Source: Armatimonadota bacterium
GTDB lineage: Bacteria > Sysuimicrobiota > Sysuimicrobiia > Sysuimicrobiales > Kaftiobacteriaceae
Assembly: GCA_037440005.1 (NCBI GenBank)
Contig: JBBIUY010000008.1
Coordinates: 7,806 to 71,805, forward strand
DNA: 64,000 bases
Reading direction: 5' to 3'
Positions 44,452 through 52,788 of this stretch are shown here, in pieces; positions within the stretch are counted from its first letter, which is position 1; every line of letters starts with the position of its first letter. Both the position numbers and the translations under genes were made by a program. The notes under the pieces are model-generated. The model ran no database searches and was not told the origin of the DNA. It saw nothing but the letters and a program-made list of their open reading frames with translations.

Positions 44452-45342
44452 TCAGCCGCGGGCGGCCACGACCCGGTTGCGCAGGACCCCGATCCCCTCC
44501 ACCTCGGCCTCCATCACGTCCCCGGGCTGGAGCCACCGGGGAGGGGAATATCCCATGCCCACCCCTTCGGGGGTCCCGGTGGTCAGGATGTCTCCGGGCT
44601 CGACGGTCATGCCCGCCGACAGGACCTCGATCAGCTGCGCCACCGTGAAGATCATCTTGGCCGTGGTGGAGTCCTGGCGGGTCTCGCCGTTGACCCGCAT
44701 CCGCAGCCGCAGCCGCTGGGGGTCGGGCAGGGCGGACCGGTGGACGATCCACGGGCCCAGGGGCGCAAACGTGTCCAGGGACTTGCCCTTGAACCACTGC
44801 TGGTGACGGCGCTGCAGGTCCCGGGCCGTCACGTCGTTGAGGATGGTGTAGCCGAAGACGTACTCCAGCGCCCGGGAGGCGGGAATGTTCCGGCCGCGCC
44901 GCCCGAAGACCACCGCCAGCTCCACCTCGTAGTCCAGCTGCTGGGTCACGGGGTGGTAGATCACGGGCGCGTCGGGGCCCACCACCGCCGTGGGGGGTTT
45001 GGTGAAGAACACCGGCACGTCGGGCGGCGCCACGCCCCCTTCCCGGGCGTGCTCGGCGTAGTTGCGGCCCATGCACACGATGTTCTTGCGGGGCCGCGGG
45101 ATAGGGGCCAGCAGCCGCGTGCGGCGCAGCGGCGCCGCCGGCCGTCCCGCCGCCACCCAGGCGTCCGCGTCGCGGGCCAGGGCCTTGAGGGTCGCTGGGG
45201 GGACCTCCGCGATGACGTCCACCATCTCCCGCGGCGTCCGGACTCCGCGCCGGCGGGCCAGCGCCTCCAGGTCCACGATCCTGTCGCCGACCACGTAGCC
45301 CACCCGCGCCTCGCGCCCTGCCCGGTAGGTTGCCAGCCTCAC
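44452..45342 (-). CDS. Fumarylacetoacetate hydrolase family protein
   Basis: GRNYAEH, DYEVEL, NDVTARD, GKSLD and TGTPEGVG motifs. Confidence 0.9.
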   Translation of the reverse strand: MRLATYRAGREARVGYVVGDRIVDLEALARRRGVRTPREMVDVIAEVPPATLKALARDADAWVAAGRPAAPLRRTRLLAPIPRPRKNIVCMGRNYAEHAREGGVAPPDVPVFFTKPPTAVVGPDAPVIYHPVTQQLDYEVELAVVFGRRGRNIPASRALEYVFGYTILNDVTARDLQRRHQQWFKGKSLDTFAPLGPWIVHRSALPDPQRLRLRMRVNGETRQDSTTAKMIFTVAQLIEVLSAGMTVEPGDILTTGTPEGVGMGYSPPRWLQPGDVMEAEVEGIGVLRNRVVAARG

Positions 45343-45463
45343 CTCTGCCCTCCTGGGTACCGGAATCCGGCGGGGACTGCCGCCGCCGTCCGCCCGCGCC
45401 GACAGCAGGGGAGTTTCCACACGCAGCGAAGGCTACCCTCCGGCACACGCCGAGGAGGGTCTT

Positions 45464-46588
45464 ATGGCTGGGGTCCGGGTGTACGTCGGCACCACCGACG
45501 GTCTGTACGTGTTCACCTCCGACGCGCGGCGCCGGACGTGGCGCCGCCAGGGGCCGTACCTGCGGGGCGTCCCCGTCAGCCACTGCGCCTGGGACGCCCG
45601 CACGCGCACGCTGTACGCCGCCACCCTCGCCGAGGGGGTGTATGCCAGCCGGACCGGGGGCCGGACCTGGACGCCGCTCAACGACGGCCTGTCCATCCGC
45701 CGGGTGTGGACTGTGGCGGTGAACCCCCGCGACCCCGACGAGCTGTGGGCGGGCACCCACTTCAGCTACCTGTTCTGGAGCACCGACCGCGGGCGCACCT
45801 GGCGGGTGCACCCCGGCTACTTGGAGGCGCCCGGCAAGGAGGGGCGGTACGGGGACTGGGGGTACGGCACCATCGGCAACTCCCTGCACGGCATCCACCT
45901 GGACCCGCGCGACCCCCGGCGGATGCTGGTGGTCAGCAGCACCAACCACGGCGCGGTGCGGTCCCTGGACGGCGGGCGGACCTGGGAGTACGCGCGCGCC
46001 GGCGTGTTTGAGTCCTGCCCGGCGGCCGGAGCGGCGGACCTGCGGCGGCCGATGAGCGCCGAGGAACGGGCCCGGGCCGCCGCGCAGCACCTGGCCGAGG
46101 TCCACGCCTGCACCCACCGCATCGGCGTCTGCGCCGCCGCGCCCCGGGTCCTGTACCGCCAGCAGCACTGCGGGGTCTACCGCAGCGACGATTTCGGGGC
46201 GACCTGGCAGGACGTCTCCGCCGGGCTGCCCGACCGCCACGGCTTCCCGGTGGCCGTGCATCCCGCCGACCCCGACACCGCGTTCGTGGTGCCGGCGTAC
46301 CAGGGCAACGGGTGCACCCGCCACAACTCCTGCATCCGCGGACCCCTGGACGTGTACCGCACCCGGACCGGCGGCCGCAGCTGGGAGCGCCTGTCCGACG
46401 GCCTGCCCCGCCGGGTGCACTGCGTGGTGCTGCGGCACGCCATGGACGCCGACACCCTGCGCCCGGCCGGCGTGTACGTCGGGACCACCAGCGGAGAGGT
46501 CTACGGCAGCGCCGACGAAGGCGACAGGTGGGTCCTGCTGGGGCGGGGCCTGCCCCGGGTGCAGGGCATCACGGCGGTGGTGGGATAG
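45464..46588 (+). CDS. BNR/Asp-box beta-propeller protein
   Basis: Repeated SxDxGxTW Asp-boxes; YRQQHCGVYRSDD. Confidence 0.8.
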   Translation: MAGVRVYVGTTDGLYVFTSDARRRTWRRQGPYLRGVPVSHCAWDARTRTLYAATLAEGVYASRTGGRTWTPLNDGLSIRRVWTVAVNPRDPDELWAGTHFSYLFWSTDRGRTWRVHPGYLEAPGKEGRYGDWGYGTIGNSLHGIHLDPRDPRRMLVVSSTNHGAVRSLDGGRTWEYARAGVFESCPAAGAADLRRPMSAEERARAAAQHLAEVHACTHRIGVCAAAPRVLYRQQHCGVYRSDDFGATWQDVSAGLPDRHGFPVAVHPADPDTAFVVPAYQGNGCTRHNSCIRGPLDVYRTRTGGRSWERLSDGLPRRVHCVVLRHAMDADTLRPAGVYVGTTSGEVYGSADEGDRWVLLGRGLPRVQGITAVVG

Positions 46589-47405
46589 GCGACCCGCCCC
46601 CGGCGGCGGCCTCCGGGGCGGGGGCGTCGACAAGCAGGGAGGGGTCGCGTTCGAGGACCTCCACGGGACCCGTGGGCAGGGAGACCACCCGGATCCGGAA
46701 GTCCCTGTACAGAGCCGGGGCCAGCGGCCGCGCCACGTCCCGGAAGATGGTCACCGCCACCTCCCGCATCTCCTGGTCCACGTGCAGCTCACCCCGCTTT
46801 TCGAAGAACTCCCGCCAGGCCCGGTGGTTGCCGGTGATAACGATGTGGGTCTCGGTCATGTTGGGCAGCACGCACCGGGCGGCCTCCCGGGCCCGCTTGC
46901 GGCGCAGGGTCTTGTCCTGAAGGCCCGCGAGCTTGCGGGCGCCGATCTCGGCGAGGGCCTGGTAGGCCTGCTGGACCCGGTCGTACAGGTCGGCCAGGAT
47001 CGCCAGGGCCTCGGGGTCGTCCCGGAACAGCGGGGGGACCACCCACGGCGCGTCGTCCTCGCTGACGAACCGCTGGCTGAGCTGGGAGAAGCTGAAGTGG
47101 CGGTGGCGGACCATCTCGTGGGTGAACGAGCGGGACACGCCCGTCAGCATCACCGTGAAGCCGGCGTGCTCCAGGACCGAGTAGTGCCCCTGGGCCAGCA
47201 GGTGGGCCAGGTAGTCGGCGTTGGTGCGGGTGGCGGGGTTGGGCTTGTGCCAGGACTGGTAGCAGGCCCGCCCGGCGAACTCCACCAAGGCGCTGGCCGG
47301 GTCGGCGGCGTCGGTGGTCCACACCGCCCACGGCGTCCCCTCCCGGTCGTCCAGGACGAACCGGGTCTCGGCGACTTTGACGACGCGCAGCTGCGCGGTC
47401 CTCAT
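46569..47405 (-). CDS. thyX: FAD-dependent thymidylate synthase
   Basis: EFAGRACY, HYSVLEH and the RHRHFSFSQLSQR ThyX motif. Confidence 0.95.
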   Translation of the reverse strand: MRTAQLRVVKVAETRFVLDDREGTPWAVWTTDAADPASALVEFAGRACYQSWHKPNPATRTNADYLAHLLAQGHYSVLEHAGFTVMLTGVSRSFTHEMVRHRHFSFSQLSQRFVSEDDAPWVVPPLFRDDPEALAILADLYDRVQQAYQALAEIGARKLAGLQDKTLRRKRAREAARCVLPNMTETHIVITGNHRAWREFFEKRGELHVDQEMREVAVTIFRDVARPLAPALYRDFRIRVVSLPTGPVEVLERDPSLLVDAPAPEAAAGGGSPIPPPP

Positions 47406-47553
47406 GGCCAACCTCCCGCAGGCAACGACCCCAGGGAGGAGGTGCGGGCGAAGGAGGAGTGGTGTCGGGATACTGCCGTGTGGGGAGCCAGGCGTGGAAG
47501 GCGTCCAGGATTAGACTCGAAGGCTCCTCCCCCCTGTGGGTCCGGACACCAGT

Positions 47554-47635
47554 ATTCCCCCTCCCCCTCCCGAATTCCTTCTGGCGATATCAACATGTTG
47601 TGGATAAGCTGCGGGTTTGCTCCCATATCCTGGGG
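47554..47635 (-). promoter_or_regulatory. thyX promoter region: sigma-H-like AGGA-N18-GAAT, tandem NrdR-like boxes (47588-47603 and 47620-47635) and a perfect DnaA box (47599-47607)
   Basis: tatCAACATGTTGtgg and ctcCCATATCCTGggg offset by 32 bp; TGTGGATAA is the reverse complement of TTATCCACA. Confidence 0.7.
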
Positions 47636-47712
47636 CGAGCAGGCGTTTGAGGGTTCTGGCAGGCCACGCCGGGGGGAGGGGGATCCGGGCGGCCGGAGGG
47701 GGCGCCCCCGCG

Positions 47713-48333
47713 ATGGCTAAGTTAGCGGACCTGGAACAGCACATCCTCCGGAGGCTACAGGGCCGGAGGCGGCGGGACCTGGCGGTGCCGGGCCTGCGCC
47801 GGGCGGCCGTCCTGCTCGCCCTGCTCTCCCACGGAGGGGAGGTGCGCGTGCTGCTCACCCGGCGGACCGAGCAGGTCGAACACCACAAAGGCCAGATCAG
47901 CCTCCCCGGAGGGGAGGCTGACCCGTCCGACGCCGGGCCCGTGGAGACCGCCCTGAGGGAGACCGAGGAGGAGCTGGGGATCCCCCGCACTGCGGTCCAG
48001 GTCCTGGGGATCCTCGACGACGTCCTGACGGTGGTCAGCGGCTTTGTCATCACCCCCGTGGTCGGCATCATCCCGCAGCCGGCCGACCTGCGGGTGAACG
48101 CCGCCGAGATCGCCGAGGTGCTGGCCGTCCCCCTGGCCGTGTTCACCGACCCGCAGGCCCTGCGCGTGGAGAGGCGGGTGCGGGACGGGCAGTGGGTAGA
48201 CGTGCTGTTTTACCGCTACGGCCCCCATGAGATCTGGGGGGCGACAGCACGGATCCTCAAGAGTTTCGTGGACGCGGTGTTCGGCGACGATCCCCCCGTC
48301 CCCGGGCGGATTTTGGGGTCAGACGCTGGATAG
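47713..48333 (+). CDS. Nudix CoA pyrophosphatase (NudL/PCD1-like)
   Basis: LLTRR..HKGQISLPGG, ALRETEEELG and IWGATA motifs. Confidence 0.88.
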   Translation: MAKLADLEQHILRRLQGRRRRDLAVPGLRRAAVLLALLSHGGEVRVLLTRRTEQVEHHKGQISLPGGEADPSDAGPVETALRETEEELGIPRTAVQVLGILDDVLTVVSGFVITPVVGIIPQPADLRVNAAEIAEVLAVPLAVFTDPQALRVERRVRDGQWVDVLFYRYGPHEIWGATARILKSFVDAVFGDDPPVPGRILGSDAG

Positions 48334-48527
48334 CGTTTCATCCGCCGCACGCCCAAAAGGGCCAGTGTCCGGAAGAAACTAGCCAGAAACTGCGTACGGT
48401 ACGTCAATTTCTTTGATTTTCGCTGGCTTTCACTTGGTTGCTCCGTTTTTCACACGCCCGTTCGCCCGTTTCTGGGGGGTGGTCCCCCTGCTATACTGGA
48501 CCCGGCAGGACCCTCGGGAGGCTCCCC

Positions 48528-48857
48528 ATGATGCACTTCGCTCGTCCTTTGTTCACAATTTCCGTCGCAGCCAACCTGGTCGGGGTCTCTCCGCAGACGC
48601 TGCGCCGGTGGGAGCGGGTCGGGCTGCTGTCCCCCCTGCGGGAGGGGCCCCGGCGGCGCCGGCTGTACTCCTGGCGCGACATCGAGCGCGCCCAGGAGAT
48701 CCGCTACCTCGTGGTGCGCAGGAGGCTGCCGCTGAAGGCCGTGCGGGCTCACCTGCGCCTGGCCGCCGCCAGGCGCCTGGTCGCGGTGCTGCCGAAGATC
48801 GGCTCCCGGTCGGGCACCCCGCTCGTGCCTCCCATCGCCCTGGCCATCCCCCGCTGA
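48528..48857 (+). CDS. MerR-family (HspR-like) transcriptional regulator
   Basis: FTISVAANLVGVSPQTLRRWE...RLYS; extended -10 TGCTATACT at 48489-48497. Confidence 0.8.
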   Translation: MMHFARPLFTISVAANLVGVSPQTLRRWERVGLLSPLREGPRRRRLYSWRDIERAQEIRYLVVRRRLPLKAVRAHLRLAAARRLVAVLPKIGSRSGTPLVPPIALAIPR

Positions 48858-48950
48858 CGCCGGCCGCCGTCTCTGCGTGGTAGGCTGGGAGGCAGACGCG
48901 GGTCCCCGGCGGGGCCCGCCGGAGGGCCCCGCCGGGCGGGAAGGTGGGCC

Positions 48951-50117
48951 ATGAGCGCACAGCGGCGGATCTACATGGACCATGCGGCCACCACCCCGGT
49001 GGACCCCCGGGTGGTGGACGCGATGCTCGCGTACTTCACCGAGCGGTTCGGCAACGCCAGCAGCGTCCACCAGTTCGGCCAGGAGGCCCGGGAGGCCGTG
49101 GACCGGGCGCGGGAGGCCGTGGCCCGGGCCATCGGGGCTCAGCCCTCGGAGATCGTCTTCACCAGCGGGGCCACCGAAGCCGACAACTTCGCCGTGCTGG
49201 GGACGGCGTGGGCCAACGAGGACCGGGGCCGGCACATCATCACCTCGGCGGTGGAGCACCACGCCGTCCTGGAGCCCTGCCGGTTTTTGGAGTCTCGGGG
49301 ATTTGAGGTCACCTACGTGCCCGTGGACCGGTACGGCCGGGTGGACCCCGACGACGTGCGCCGGGCGATCCGCCCCGACACCATCCTGATCTCGGTGATG
49401 CACGCCAACAACGAGATCGGGACCCTGCAGCCGGTGGCCGAGATCGCGCGCCTGGGCCGGGAGCGGGGCATCCTGGTCCACACCGACGCCACCCAGTCGG
49501 TGGGCATCCTGCCCGTCCGGGTGGACGAGCTGGGCGTGGACCTGCTGTCCCTGTCGGCCCACAAGCGGTACGGCCCCAAGGGAGTGGGCGCCCTGTACAT
49601 CCGCCGCGGGGCCCGGGTCGCCCGGATCCAGCACGGGGGAGCCCACGAACGCAACCGGCGGGCGGGGACCGAAAACGTGCCGGGCATCGTGGGGATGGGG
49701 GCCGCCCTGGACCTGGCGGTGCAGGAGATGGAGGAGGAGGCGGCCCGCCTGCGCCGCCTCCGGGACCGGATGATCGCCGGACTGCTGCAGATCGACGGCG
49801 CGCGGCTGAACGGCCATCCCACCGAACGCCTGCCCGGCAACGTCAACGTCTCCTTCGCCGGCACCGACAGCGAGTCGCTGTTGCTGGCCCTGGACCTGCG
49901 GGGGGTGGCGGCCAGCAGCGGCTCCGCCTGCACCGCCGGCAGCCTGGAGCCCTCCCACGTGTTGTCGGCCATCGGGCTGCCCCCCGAGGTGGCCGCGGGC
50001 ACGCTGCGCTTCTCTTTGGGCCGGGGCACCACCGAGCAGGACGTGGACGACGTGCTGGCCCTGATGCCGGAGATCGTCGCCGCCGTCCGCCGCGCCGCGC
50101 GCGCCGGCGTGCGTTGA
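48951..50117 (+). CDS. iscS: Cysteine desulfurase (IscS/NifS class)
   Basis: [19 protein letters not shown] and SSGSAC motifs. Confidence 0.9.
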   Translation: MSAQRRIYMDHAATTPVDPRVVDAMLAYFTERFGNASSVHQFGQEAREAVDRAREAVARAIGAQPSEIVFTSGATEADNFAVLGTAWANEDRGRHIITSAVEHHAVLEPCRFLESRGFEVTYVPVDRYGRVDPDDVRRAIRPDTILISVMHANNEIGTLQPVAEIARLGRERGILVHTDATQSVGILPVRVDELGVDLLSLSAHKRYGPKGVGALYIRRGARVARIQHGGAHERNRRAGTENVPGIVGMGAALDLAVQEMEEEAARLRRLRDRMIAGLLQIDGARLNGHPTERLPGNVNVSFAGTDSESLLLALDLRGVAASSGSACTAGSLEPSHVLSAIGLPPEVAAGTLRFSLGRGTTEQDVDDVLALMPEIVAAVRRAARAGVR

Positions 50118-50150
50118 CACCGCCCGCGGCCTCTGCGATCATCGGGAGTA

Positions 50151-50504
50151 GTGGCGGACTACCTTCCCATCGTCGTGCACATCGCCCTGGTGGTGCTGGT
50201 GGTGACGGGCCTGGTGGCCCTCCACCACCGGCTGGGCCGTCCCCGGCCGCTGCCGGGCAAGCTGGAGCCCTACGAATCCGGCGTGTGGCCGGTGGGGACC
50301 GCCCGGGAGCGGGTGCCGGTCCGCTACTACCTCATCGCCATGCTGTTCCTGCTGCTGGACGTGGAGGCGGTCTTCCTGTACCCGTGGGCGGTCATCGCCC
50401 GGGAACTGCGGGTGCTGGGCCTGGTGGAGATGCTGACCTTCGTGGGCGTGCTGGGGGCGGGGTTCGTCTACGCCTGGCGCCGGGGGGCGCTGCAGTGGCA
50501 GTGA
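50151..50504 (+). CDS. nuoA: NADH-quinone oxidoreductase subunit A
   Basis: PYESG and [10 protein letters not shown] motifs. Confidence 0.92.
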   Translation: MADYLPIVVHIALVVLVVTGLVALHHRLGRPRPLPGKLEPYESGVWPVGTARERVPVRYYLIAMLFLLLDVEAVFLYPWAVIARELRVLGLVEMLTFVGVLGAGFVYAWRRGALQWQ

Positions 50505-51037
50505 CGGGGTCGCCCACCGTGGTCTCCCGCGCCCGGTTGCCGGGCGAGGTGACCGAGGCGGACGTGCGGGCCCTGCAGGGCAACGTGCTCACCACCACCG
50601 TGGAGCGGCTGGTGGCCTGGGCCCGGCGCAACTCCATCTGGCCCGCCCAGTTCGGGCTCGCCTGCTGCGCCATCGAGATGATGTCCACCGCGGCGGCGCG
50701 GTTTGACATCGCCCGCTTCGGCAGCGAGCTGTTCCGGGCATCGCCCCGGCAGGCGGATCTGATGATCGTCTCCGGCCGGGTGAGCCAGAAGATGGCGCCG
50801 GTGGTCAAGCACATCTACGAGCAGATGCTGGAGCCCAAGTGGGTCATCGCCATGGGCGACTGCGCCTCCTGCGGCGGCGTGTTCAACAACTACGCGCTGG
50901 TCCAGGGCGTGGACAAGCTGATCCCCGTGGACGTCTACGTGGCCGGCTGCCCGCCCCGGCCGGAAGCCCTGCTGTACGGGCTGCTCAAGCTCCAGGAGCT
51001 CATCGCCCACCCGGAGCGCCGGCGGGGACGGCCATGA
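50501..51037 (+). CDS. nuoB: NADH-quinone oxidoreductase subunit B
   Basis: [11 protein letters not shown] and GCPPRPE motifs. Confidence 0.95.
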   Translation: MTGSPTVVSRARLPGEVTEADVRALQGNVLTTTVERLVAWARRNSIWPAQFGLACCAIEMMSTAAARFDIARFGSELFRASPRQADLMIVSGRVSQKMAPVVKHIYEQMLEPKWVIAMGDCASCGGVFNNYALVQGVDKLIPVDVYVAGCPPRPEALLYGLLKLQELIAHPERRRGRP

Positions 51038-51546
51038 CCGACGCCCCCGCCCGCTTGGCCGCGCGGCTGGGAGAGGTCGTCCGGGAGCGGGTGGAGTTCC
51101 GGGACGAGCTCACCCTGGTGGTCCCCCGGGAGGCCGTTCTGGCGGCCCTGGAGGCGGCCCGGGCGGAGGGCTTTGGGATGCTGACCGACCTCACCGCCGT
51201 GGACCGCCACCCGGCCCGGCCCCGGTTCGAGGTGGTCTACCTGCTGACCTCCCTGGACCCGCCGGCCCGGGTGCGGCTGAAGGTGCGGGTGGACGCCGAC
51301 GACCCGACGGTGCCGTCGGCCACCGGCCTGTGGCCCGGTGCGTCCTGGCTGGAGCGGGAAGTGTACGACCTGTTCGGCATCGTCTTTTCCGGGCATCCCG
51401 ACCTGCGGCGGATCCTGCTGCCGGACGACTGGGAGGGCCACCCCCTGCGCAAGGACTACCCGCTGGTCGAGGAGCCGGTGCAGTTCCTGGGCCGCACGCC
51501 CAAGGTCCCCAGCGAGATCATCCCCCGGGTTCCGCGGGGTCAGTAG
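51034..51546 (+). CDS. nuoC: NADH-quinone oxidoreductase subunit C
   Basis: [10 protein letters not shown] and GHPLRKDYP motifs. Confidence 0.93.
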   Translation: MTDAPARLAARLGEVVRERVEFRDELTLVVPREAVLAALEAARAEGFGMLTDLTAVDRHPARPRFEVVYLLTSLDPPARVRLKVRVDADDPTVPSATGLWPGASWLEREVYDLFGIVFSGHPDLRRILLPDDWEGHPLRKDYPLVEEPVQFLGRTPKVPSEIIPRVPRGQ

Positions 51547-51609
51547 GCGGGAGAGGCCGGGCGACGGATGGGGGGCCGGCCGGCCGCGGGCGCGCGTGCG
51601 GGTGCGGGC

Positions 51610-52788
51610 ATGGGTGAGCTGACGCGGGAAACCCTCGTCCTGAACATGGGCCCCCAGCATCCCAGCACCCACGGGGTGCTGCGGCTGCTCCTGGAGCTGG
51701 AGGGCGAGGTGATCGTGGGCGCCCAGCCGGTCATCGGCTACCTGCACACCGGCTTCGAGAAGGAGATGGAGACCCGCACCTACCACCAGAACATCGTCTT
51801 CCCCCCGCGGATCGAGTACCTGGCCACCTTCATCGAGGAGCAGGCCTACGTGCTGGCCGTGGAAAAGCTGCTGGGCATCACCGCCCCGCCCCGGGCGCAG
51901 ACCATCCGGCTCATCCTGGCCGAGCTGTCCCGCATCGCCAGCCACCTGGTGTACCTGGGCACCGCCGCCATCGACCTCAACGTCAGCAGCGTGTTCATGT
52001 ACTGCTTCCGGGACCGGGAGCAGATCCTGGACATCTTCGAGATGGTGAGCGGCCAGCGGATGATGCACGGCTACTTCCGCATCGGCGGCCTGCAGTGGGA
52101 CCTGCCCGAGGGGTTCGTGCCCCGGGTGCGGGCGTTCCTGGAGGAGTTCCCCCGCCGCCTGGACGAGTACGAGGCGCTGCTGACCGACAACCTGATCTGG
52201 CGGAAGCGCACCGAGGGGGTGGCGGTGCTCAGCGCCGACGACGCCGTGCGCTACGGCTGCACCGGCCCGGTGCTGCGGGGGTCGGGGATCGCCTACGACG
52301 TGCGCAAGGCCTTCCCCTACGGCGGCTACGACGAGTACGCCTTCGACGTGCCGGTGGGCAGCCGCGGGGACGCCTTCGACCGGTACCGGGTGCGGATGGA
52401 AGAGATGCGCCAGAGCCGCCGGATCATCCTGCAGGCCCTGGACCGCCTGGCGCCGGGGCCCGTCATGGTGGACGACCGGAAGGTGGCGCTGCCGCCCCGG
52501 GCGGAGCTGGTCCGCAGCATGGAGGCGGTGATCCACCACTTCAAGCTGGTCAGCGAGGGGATCCACCCGCCGCCGGGGGAGGTGTACGCGGCGGTGGAGT
52601 CTCCCCGGGGCGAGAAGGGCTACTACATCGTCAGCGACGGGAGCAACCGGCCGGTGCGGGTGCGGGTGCGCTCGGCGTCGTTCAACAACCTGCAAGCCCT
52701 GCCGGTGATGCTGTACCGGGGAACCGTTGCCGACGTGGTGGTGGCCATCGCCAGCATCGACATCGTGCTGGGAGACGTGGACCGGTGA
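51610..52788 (+). CDS. nuoD: NADH-quinone oxidoreductase subunit D
   Basis: NMGPQHPSTHGVLR and the DIVLGDVDR C-terminus. Confidence 0.95.
   Translation: MGELTRETLVLNMGPQHPSTHGVLRLLLELEGEVIVGAQPVIGYLHTGFEKEMETRTYHQNIVFPPRIEYLATFIEEQAYVLAVEKLLGITAPPRAQTIRLILAELSRIASHLVYLGTAAIDLNVSSVFMYCFRDREQILDIFEMVSGQRMMHGYFRIGGLQWDLPEGFVPRVRAFLEEFPRRLDEYEALLTDNLIWRKRTEGVAVLSADDAVRYGCTGPVLRGSGIAYDVRKAFPYGGYDEYAFDVPVGSRGDAFDRYRVRMEEMRQSRRIILQALDRLAPGPVMVDDRKVALPPRAELVRSMEAVIHHFKLVSEGIHPPPGEVYAAVESPRGEKGYYIVSDGSNRPVRVRVRSASFNNLQALPVMLYRGTVADVVVAIASIDIVLGDVDR

Noticed and set aside
47588-47635. Replication origin
   Set aside because: Only one DnaA box, with no box cluster, AT-rich unwinding element or dnaA/dnaN nearby.
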